64,000 nucleotides of DNA. Source: a virus. Positions within the stretch are counted from its first letter, which is position 1; each line of letters opens with the position of its first letter. The notes under the pieces were generated by a model, which worked only from the letters and a program-made list of their open reading frames with translations, made no database searches and was not told the DNA's origin. The stretch lies in the IMG/VR virus record IMGVR_UViG_3300033168_000001, positions 60 through 64,059 of that record; one strand, written 5' to 3'. Below, in pieces: positions 9,392 to 15,545 of this stretch. Both the position numbers and the translations under genes were made by a program.

Positions 9392-9696
9392 GGCAGCTCT
9401 CCCCGCTCCACGCGCGCACAGACGGCCTCGTGCGCTTCGGCCAGGCCGCCCACGGTGACGCGGGCGGGGTCGTAGTTTTTGCCGTAGATCCCAGGCCGAA
9501 GTATGCGGCCGGTGCGTGTATCGCTGACAACGGTTGAGGCACAGGCGGGTATGAGGGCGTTGGCCCCGAACCACAACGTGACAACGCACAGCCCCAGTGA
9601 AGGGTAGAATGTTTCCAGCCAGAAGTAGTCACGTCCGTTACGGGTGTGCAGGTCGCGGTCGACGCGCGGGCCAGCGCTGTGCGTGGTGGTGGTCAT
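9388..9696 (-). CDS. Hypothetical protein
   Basis: ORF with RBS GAGGAG; ends with the same RGELP peptide as the next gene downstream. Confidence 0.5.
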   Translation of the reverse strand: MTTTTHSAGPRVDRDLHTRNGRDYFWLETFYPSLGLCVVTLWFGANALIPACASTVVSDTRTGRILRPGIYGKNYDPARVTVGGLAEAHEAVCARVERGELP

Positions 9697-9906
9697 GACG
9701 TCGGCTCCTCTACCGTGACTGTCACGCCATCATAGCCGTTCGCTTCGTCGGCCAAGCGATGGGTGAGGTAGTGGCTTGTGCTGTCAATCACAATCGTTGC
9801 AGGGTCGTCACTGTTCCAACCCCCACCGCTATCAAGAGTCGTGGTGATGATGCCTGTGGTCCTGTGATTGTGATGCGTGTCGGCCTATCGCTGTCTGTTG
9901 CAGTGG

Positions 9907-10083
9907 TCATGCCTTTGGTTCCTTCTCAGTGCGCTGTGCCCATTGTTCGAGCACTTGCCTAACCATGGTGCCAACCGTCAACTCTCGCGCCGCCGCGATG
10001 CGATCTATGCGGTCGTATAGTTCGCGGCTCATGCGGAGCGTCAGATTCTTATCGAGTGGATGTTCCGTCCGTCGTCTTGCCAT
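9907..10083 (-). CDS. Ribbon-helix-helix (Arc-like) repressor (not in ORF track)
   Basis: Manual translation MARRRTEHPLDKNLTLRMSRELYDRIDRIAAARELTVGTMVRQVLEQWAQRTEKEPKA; RBS GGAGG. Confidence 0.75.
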   Translation of the reverse strand: MARRRTEHPLDKNLTLRMSRELYDRIDRIAAARELTVGTMVRQVLEQWAQRTEKEPKA

Positions 10084-10136
10084 ATACTGCCCTCCATTTA
10101 TCTATTGTAGCACAACATCATGGTTCCCATTTACGC

Positions 10137-10165
10137 TTGCATAATGTTGTGCATTATGCTATACT
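10137..10165 (+). promoter_or_regulatory. Sigma-70-type promoter with operator palindrome
   Basis: TTGCAT-17 bp-TATACT, overlapped by GCATAATG-N5-CATTATGC (10139-10159). Confidence 0.7.
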
Positions 10166-10208
10166 TAGGTCAGTTAGGGCGCACACAACGAACGAAGGAG
10201 ACAGGGAC

Positions 10209-10754
10209 ATGCAGCAGCAACAAGCCACCTTCAAACCACGGATGCGCCGCCTCTCGGAGGGCCGCTATCTCGTAGAGTCCGCGACCCATCACGGTACGGG
10301 TCATCAGGTAGACCTGTTGACGATGCGGTGTGGATGCAAGAGCTTCCAGTATCGGGGCGGCGCGTGCAAGCACATTACACTAGCCGAGAGCTTCGAGCGG
10401 GGCTACCAACTAATGCGGGCACAGGCCACGACGGCGCGGAAGGAGGGGACGGGTGTGGTACCTGGCAGGCACGTCTATGGCATCGTCAGCCGTCCCACGC
10501 CCGCAGGCAGTGTCCGCAAGATTCACTACAGCATCCATGACAAGACAGAAGATGAGTTCTACGGATCGTATAGGACGTTTGAGGAGGCACGGGATGCGTT
10601 GAAGGAGATGCCTGAAGAGGAGGGGGCCGTGGCCGTGCCGATGACGGCGGGGGCTCCCTCGGGCATCGTGCGGCCGGTCAGGGGCGAGGGGGCGTCTATG
10701 GCTTCGACGGGGGCGCGGGGCATGGGGGCCTTGCTAGAGGCGTTTGGAGGGTAG
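10209..10754 (+). CDS. SWIM zinc-finger protein
   Basis: YLVES...QVDL..MRCGCKSFQYRGGACKHI (CxC...CxH); RBS GAAGGAG. Confidence 0.75.
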   Translation: MQQQQATFKPRMRRLSEGRYLVESATHHGTGHQVDLLTMRCGCKSFQYRGGACKHITLAESFERGYQLMRAQATTARKEGTGVVPGRHVYGIVSRPTPAGSVRKIHYSIHDKTEDEFYGSYRTFEEARDALKEMPEEEGAVAVPMTAGAPSGIVRPVRGEGASMASTGARGMGALLEAFGG

Positions 10755-10759
10755 ATAGC

Positions 10760-10960
10760 ATGTGTTTAGGTGCGAGTCAGTATGATCTCGACTACTGCGT
10801 CTGTGCGGACGCCGCCGACGAGATGGCCCAGTGTCAGACGTGCGGGGCGTGGTGGCCGCGTGAGGAGCTGCTTGAGGGGTTCGACGATGAGGAGGGCGGG
10901 ATCGTGGCGGGGGCAAGCTATTGCCCCTTGTGTGGCGTCCTGGGACGGATAGAGGAATAG
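10760..10960 (+). CDS. Small Cys-rich hypothetical protein
   Basis: CVC, CQTC, CPLC motifs; RBS GGAGG. Confidence 0.5.
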   Translation: MCLGASQYDLDYCVCADAADEMAQCQTCGAWWPREELLEGFDDEEGGIVAGASYCPLCGVLGRIEE

Positions 10961-11020
10961 ACAACAAAAAGCCCCGCGCCTGCTATGAACAGGTGCGGGG
11001 CGGGAAGGACTGACCGAGAG

Positions 11021-11212
11021 ATGCAGCAGCCCTACGATGAGAGTATACCGCGCTCGCAGCGGCGCACACGCGCGCCACAGGAGCCGCAGTACCGGCCCAC
11101 CGGCGACGGGCGCTGGTTGCCGGCCAATCGGGCGGCGCGTGAGGAGTGCGCGGCGTGGAACGAATATGCATCACGGATCAATGCGCGGACGATGAAAGGA
11201 TTAGACCAATGA
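11021..11212 (+). CDS. Small hypothetical protein, paralog of 62467-62682
   Basis: GDGRWLPANRAAREECAAWNEYA versus GNGRFMPANAAAWREVDAWNEYA. Confidence 0.55.
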   Translation: MQQPYDESIPRSQRRTRAPQEPQYRPTGDGRWLPANRAAREECAAWNEYASRINARTMKGLDQ

Positions 11213-11484
11213 GCGATACAAACGATATGCTTCAACGCTATTACGCGGCTGTTCACGCCATGCAATCCGGTGTTGCTTACGAGATGAACAGCGACCCACG
11301 GGCAACTGAACCGAAGCATTTGCGTGTTGGCGTCAATACGGCGCTACGCAATCAGGCATCACTCACCGAATTGCTCATTAGCAAAGGCATTATCACAGAG
11401 GATGAACTTATGAAAGCCCTTGCCCTCGGCATGGAGAAGGAGCAGGCTCTGTTTGAGAATCGTCACGGATGCACGTTTGCGTGA
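11209..11484 (+). CDS. Phage hypothetical protein
   Basis: MSDTNDMLQRYYAAVHAMQSGVA..PKHLRVGVN; ATGA overlap with the upstream gene. Confidence 0.6.
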   Translation: MSDTNDMLQRYYAAVHAMQSGVAYEMNSDPRATEPKHLRVGVNTALRNQASLTELLISKGIITEDELMKALALGMEKEQALFENRHGCTFA

Positions 11485-11512
11485 AATAGCGTGGATAAGT
11501 CCACAACGCAGA

Positions 11513-11554
11513 AAAGAGCGGCGTCTACATCATATGATGTAGACGCCGCTCTTT
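11513..11554. terminator. Perfect 42-bp palindrome, probable bidirectional terminator
   Basis: AAAGAGCGGCGTCTACATCAT-ATGATGTAGACGCCGCTCTTT, just after the plus-strand operon. Confidence 0.6.
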
Positions 11555-11601
11555 ATGTTGGGTGCTGTTAGATGCGCTGCACGTTCGATCTGAGGCACCA
11601 T

Positions 11602-12009
11602 CAACAACCTCCCAGGGGACCCCGCCCTTTAGGGCTGGGGAGGAATGGGATCGGCCACGCCGATGGGCCGCGATCGCGGCCCATCAGTGACCGCATCCGT
11701 GGTAAAATACAGGTGAAGTACCGCGCACTCTTAGCCTTACGGAGCCTACGGGATTCCTGGTCGGGTGGCGGGAAACATGCACAGAAGGGCATGGGATAGC
11801 GAAAGCGCCTATCTCTGGTCCACCAAGTGGGCCAAAGAATCTGTCTGAGATATCCGTTCTGTGACGCGCCAAGCTGACAGTAGCTGTTGAGCACCTGGCG
11901 CGCTGGTGTGAGTCCAGCTAGGGTTGAGTCGCAACGTACTCCTCCTGAACGTGCCGCCCAACACGCGGGGCAGGCGCAAGCCCCTGGCTTTAGCCATGGG
12001 GTCGGTGAC
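11602..12009 (+). mobile_element. Non-autonomous IS200/IS605 derivative 1 (PATE/MITE-like, no ORF)
   Basis: Target CCAT on the left; subterminal hairpins CCCCGCCC-TTTA-GGGCTGGGG and AAGCCCCTGGCTTTAGCCATGGGG; ends ..TGAC; no TSD; internal TGGTAAAAT at 11700. Confidence 0.8.
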
Positions 12010-12122
12010 TTTAGGCTACGTTGTTTAATCCCACCTACCAATTTGGTATAATAGAAGTGTACACAAAGTGCCCAAGCGGTGCGGAAACACCCTTGGGCGC
12101 GTCACACGTATCGGAGGTACGT

Positions 12123-12821
12123 ATGCCAGATCAGTCTATCATTTTTCTGACCCTTCATGGTGTTACCGTTGATCGCGCTCAACTAGAAGAAAGATTCTGG
12201 TCGGGTGTGGACATAGCCGAAGGGTGTTGGCTGTGGAAACGGTCAACGACCAAAAGCGGCTACGGCAAAATCTTTCTTGCAAAGGTCCGTACACCCAACA
12301 AGCCGTTGCGCGGTGTTTTCATCGACACACATCGCCTCTCTTACATCCTGGCCCACGGCCCAATCCCCGATGGACTCATCGTTCGCCACAAATGCAATGT
12401 TAAACGATGTGTGCGACCTGACCATTTAATTTGCGGAACGTACACTCAAAACGCGGATGATGCAGTGAGGGATGGATTGCGAAAGCCTATGCGTGGAGAA
12501 GATTCACCCCGCGCTATCTTGAATGACGTACAGGTTCTGTGGGCGCGTCAGCAAGCCCGAAGAAACGTTCCTCTTAAAGACATAGCCCAGCAACTAAGCG
12601 TTTCTAGACCTATCGTTTCGCAGATAATAAGAGGATATGCATGGGCACATCTTCCGGGCGCGATCACATCTTCTAGGAAGCATAGCCGTCGCATCCTTGA
12701 TGTGTTGCCCCACTTACGGGAGTACCTAGAGGATGGTAAGGACATTGGCGAGATAGCCGAACATTTCGGCGTTCGCCGCACGACTATTTGCCGATGGATA
12801 GTGATATCTAACGAGGTCTAG
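12123..12821 (+). CDS. HNH homing endonuclease (HNH_3-like) with C-terminal HTH repeats
   Basis: CWLW..GYG..HRLSY..HGPIPDGLIVRHKCNVKRCVRPDHL.GTYTQN; RBS GGAGG. Confidence 0.85.
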   Translation: MPDQSIIFLTLHGVTVDRAQLEERFWSGVDIAEGCWLWKRSTTKSGYGKIFLAKVRTPNKPLRGVFIDTHRLSYILAHGPIPDGLIVRHKCNVKRCVRPDHLICGTYTQNADDAVRDGLRKPMRGEDSPRAILNDVQVLWARQQARRNVPLKDIAQQLSVSRPIVSQIIRGYAWAHLPGAITSSRKHSRRILDVLPHLREYLEDGKDIGEIAEHFGVRRTTICRWIVISNEV

Positions 12822-12824
12822 CCC

Positions 12825-13634
12825 TTACGGCAACCTGGTGATATTGTCGCGTCTGTCCCAACCGCCCCATTTACCGTTAGGCAACTTGAGACTGATCCAC
12901 GGTTGAGAGTCGCCCGCCTGCGCCATCAACACATCGCCTTTCTTGATGTGCTGCGTGATCGGCGCGGCCTGGTTGGGCTTGGCGTGGAGCGCGCCGTCGA
13001 ACAGCACGCGGAAGCGCAGCGGGCCGGCTGTGGCGCCACCGGGAGCGCCTGGTGAGCCGGAGGACGCGCCGGAGGTCTGGCCAGCCAGCGGCGCGACTGT
13101 TTGGGGGTTACAATCTACTTGTAAAAACCAACCATTGTAGGCACGACGGTAGGTGTCCAGGCTCCATGTATCGAACGCATCCTCCCACGGATTCGCGCGC
13201 GCGGCTTGCCCCGCGTCGTCGTCGACCGTCACGGTGGGGCAGAAATGGCCGCCCGTCAGGTTGGCGAGGTCGGCGTAGAACAGGGTGATGTTCGGACGTC
13301 CGTGTGCCAGGTTGTCACGAAACACGTTCAGCGCGGTATCAGCGTCGACCTGCGCGTAGTGGTTAGGAATGTTGTGCGTTGCTAGATCGTGCGAGAGCTG
13401 GCTGACGTTGGTATAGCCGAGGTCGTTGGCCTCGTTCGGCTGATTGAAAATGCGGTCATTGATGGTATCAGGGCTCACCAGGACGGGGCCAGGGCCGTAC
13501 AAGTAGCGCTCAATCATGGCTTCGCACGTCGGCCCGCACAAGTTGAGTCTGTTGTACGAGGGCTGGCCGTCGTTCGTGGCTGCCCAGAGCTGCGAGATGA
13601 GCGGAAACCCGTTAGCGATAGAAACATGACCCAT
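12825..13634 (-). CDS. Endolysin candidate: C39-like papain peptidase plus SH3-like cell-wall binding domain
   Basis: Catalytic-like NLCGPTC and GGHF, ANPW; G/P/S/A linker; C-terminal HAKPNQAAPI...W...NGKWGGW; last gene of the late operon. Confidence 0.7.
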   Translation of the reverse strand: MGHVSIANGFPLISQLWAATNDGQPSYNRLNLCGPTCEAMIERYLYGPGPVLVSPDTINDRIFNQPNEANDLGYTNVSQLSHDLATHNIPNHYAQVDADTALNVFRDNLAHGRPNITLFYADLANLTGGHFCPTVTVDDDAGQAARANPWEDAFDTWSLDTYRRAYNGWFLQVDCNPQTVAPLAGQTSGASSGSPGAPGGATAGPLRFRVLFDGALHAKPNQAAPITQHIKKGDVLMAQAGDSQPWISLKLPNGKWGGWDRRDNITRLP

Positions 13635-13651
13635 AGAACACCTCCATTAAA

Positions 13652-14065
13652 CTAGTCGTGAGAGGGCAGCACGTCACCTCGTGCCGGTAGGCGGTCACTG
13701 TGCCAGGGATGCGCGGCGGCGCGGGCGGCGCGCTCCTCGGTGGTTAGGCTGGTCGCGCGGTCGCATAGGCCGCGCGTGGGGAAGGGAGTTATTGTCTCCT
13801 TGAGCGTGCGAGGTCGTTCACGCGATGGCTCAATCTCGGGCTGAGGTAGCCGCAGCAGATCACCCCCGTACCAGACGACGATCAACTCGTTGGCCGACGT
13901 GACGCCGACGCGACGCAGCAGGAAAGTGACGTAGTGCTTGAGGGTGTTTTGACTGATGTGAAGGATGCGGCACATGTCACCGTAGCTCGCTCCGTGCGCC
14001 AGCAATTCCCACACTTCGTATTCGCGCGTCGTGACCTGCGGTGACGTGGGGTATGTGGTCGCCAT
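13652..14065 (-). CDS. LuxR/GerE-type HTH protein
   Basis: TTREYEVWELLAHGASYGDMCRILHISQNTLKHYVTFLLRRVGV. Confidence 0.8.
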   Translation of the reverse strand: MATTYPTSPQVTTREYEVWELLAHGASYGDMCRILHISQNTLKHYVTFLLRRVGVTSANELIVVWYGGDLLRLPQPEIEPSRERPRTLKETITPFPTRGLCDRATSLTTEERAARAAAHPWHSDRLPARGDVLPSHD

Positions 14066-14091
14066 ATGTCTCCCCTCCATCTACCGTGGAC

Positions 14092-14664
14092 TTAGTCGGC
14101 GTGTTCCGCGCGCTCTTCGACGCGGGCCGCGCCTGGATCATAGGGCGTCCAGCCAGCCACCGCACAGGCCGCTTCGAGTGCGGCCGGAGTGGCGTTACTG
14201 GTCTTGAAGAGCGGCATCGGATCAACCTTGACCGCTCTCAAAAGAGTCAATACTAACTGACTGCAGAACACGCTGGTATGGGGCAGGCGCTCGAACACAT
14301 CGGGCAGGCCGAAGCGGAGCAGCAGATAGGTGGCCACGACGCCGAGCGCACTGTAGGGCCGGCCGTCATACGGCGCGGCCAGTCGCCAGCACAGCCATGC
14401 GCCCTCCGCGTCGGTGGGCACGACGTACTCTCTGATGACCTGCCCCGCTTTGGTGGCCGGGTCGAACACATGCACGCGCGGCGGGATCGCCTCCAGGCCC
14501 CAGGTCGGGGCATCCGGTGTGCCCGCATCAGTCGTCCACCGGAGCCAGCAATGGGATGCCAGCGGCTTGTCGATCGCCAACACGTCAGCGGGCTCATATC
14601 GTTTTTCCACCGACGCGATTAGACGATCTAGCGGCGAGGCACTATTGGCCGAAAACCCAATCAA
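14092..14664 (-). CDS. Permuted papain-like (NlpC/P60, YiiX/YebB-type) amidase
   Basis: PADVL...SHC (His first), YDGRPYS, then FCSQLV (Cys late) and TP. Confidence 0.7.
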   Translation of the reverse strand: MIGFSANSASPLDRLIASVEKRYEPADVLAIDKPLASHCWLRWTTDAGTPDAPTWGLEAIPPRVHVFDPATKAGQVIREYVVPTDAEGAWLCWRLAAPYDGRPYSALGVVATYLLLRFGLPDVFERLPHTSVFCSQLVLTLLRAVKVDPMPLFKTSNATPAALEAACAVAGWTPYDPGAARVEERAEHAD

Positions 14665-14689
14665 TAAAGCAATGACACACCTCCCATCT

Positions 14690-14913
14690 GGTTTTGGGGG
14701 TTCTGGGGGTTTTGGGATGCCACCCCTACGCCAGAAATACCTCTTAGATAGGGGGACAGCATAGTAAAGTAGTATAACTACTACTATACATATATGATAT
14801 ATCTACGGCGACTTTTCAGCATTGACATGACCTGACAGAACCGACAGAACCCCCTGACGGCGCTCTTTTAGATGCAGAGATGACCTCCCAAAACCCCCAG
14901 AACCCCCAGAACC
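14690..14913. repeat. 28-bp inverted repeat (27/28) flanking a 168-bp core with an AT-rich centre
   Basis: GGTTTTGGGGGTTCTGGGGGTTTTGGGA (14690-14717) versus TCCCAAAACCCCCAGAACCCCCAGAACC (14886-14913). Confidence 0.85.
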
Positions 14914-14919
14914 TAGCGA

Positions 14920-15531
14920 CTAGCCTTGTGTGCCGGAGGCCATCGACGCGGCTACCTGAGCCTGTGGCGCCGGGAGTACATTGACCGTGACGGGAGCCTG
15001 TGCCGGCGCTGACCGTGGGGGCGTGATCCCTAACACGGTTGTGAGCGTATCGCGCAGACCACTTTGGACCGCGCCCTGGGCGACGGTGGTGGCGAGTGCG
15101 GACATATCGGCCTTGAACGCCTCGGTATCGAACGGCGCCGCTCCGACGCCCGTGCCTTGCAGCGGCGGCAGGACCGCCGCCGCGCCGGGCGCCACGGCCA
15201 CGACGCCCGCATGGAGCGCATAGACCGCCGCCTGTATGAGGGCTTTACGCTGCGCCGGTGTGACACTCTTGGGCAGCAGCGTGGCGAGGCCGGCGTCTAC
15301 TTGGCTGAACTTGGTCGTTCCGGTTTTGCCGGTCGCGGCGGCGAAGTCCTGTTCAGCGGCGGTCACGAGCCGCAGCGCAGTGGTGGCCCATGCCTGTTGT
15401 TGAGCCGTCAGTCGTTTGCTGCTGGCAAGCGCGCGGAGTTCCCAGGCGATCACAAAGGCAATCACGGCCAGCGCGGCGTAGGCGAGCTGGACGATGACGG
15501 GGGCAAACACGGACCATTGAAAACCATTCAC
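14920..15531 (-). CDS. Holin (LL-H-like)
   Basis: One N-terminal TM segment, then LVTAAEQ...TGTTKF...LIQAAVYAL; sits upstream of the lysis genes. Confidence 0.7.
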   Translation of the reverse strand: MNGFQWSVFAPVIVQLAYAALAVIAFVIAWELRALASSKRLTAQQQAWATTALRLVTAAEQDFAAATGKTGTTKFSQVDAGLATLLPKSVTPAQRKALIQAAVYALHAGVVAVAPGAAAVLPPLQGTGVGAAPFDTEAFKADMSALATTVAQGAVQSGLRDTLTTVLGITPPRSAPAQAPVTVNVLPAPQAQVAASMASGTQG

Positions 15532-15545
15532 AGCTATCTCCTTGT

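Noticed and set aside
11533-11601. Peptide KSGVYII after element 1 resembling a GIY-YIG start
   Set aside because: Only 23 codons, ending inside the palindrome; likely coincidental.
11572-12041. ORFs over element 1, and the similar ORFs at 49437-50060 and 56061-56471
   Set aside because: No TnpA, TnpB or IscB motifs; they are readings through hairpin-rich non-coding DNA.
14690-14913. Confident MITE call
   Set aside because: No TSD and no second copy in the window; kept only as an unexplained repeat.
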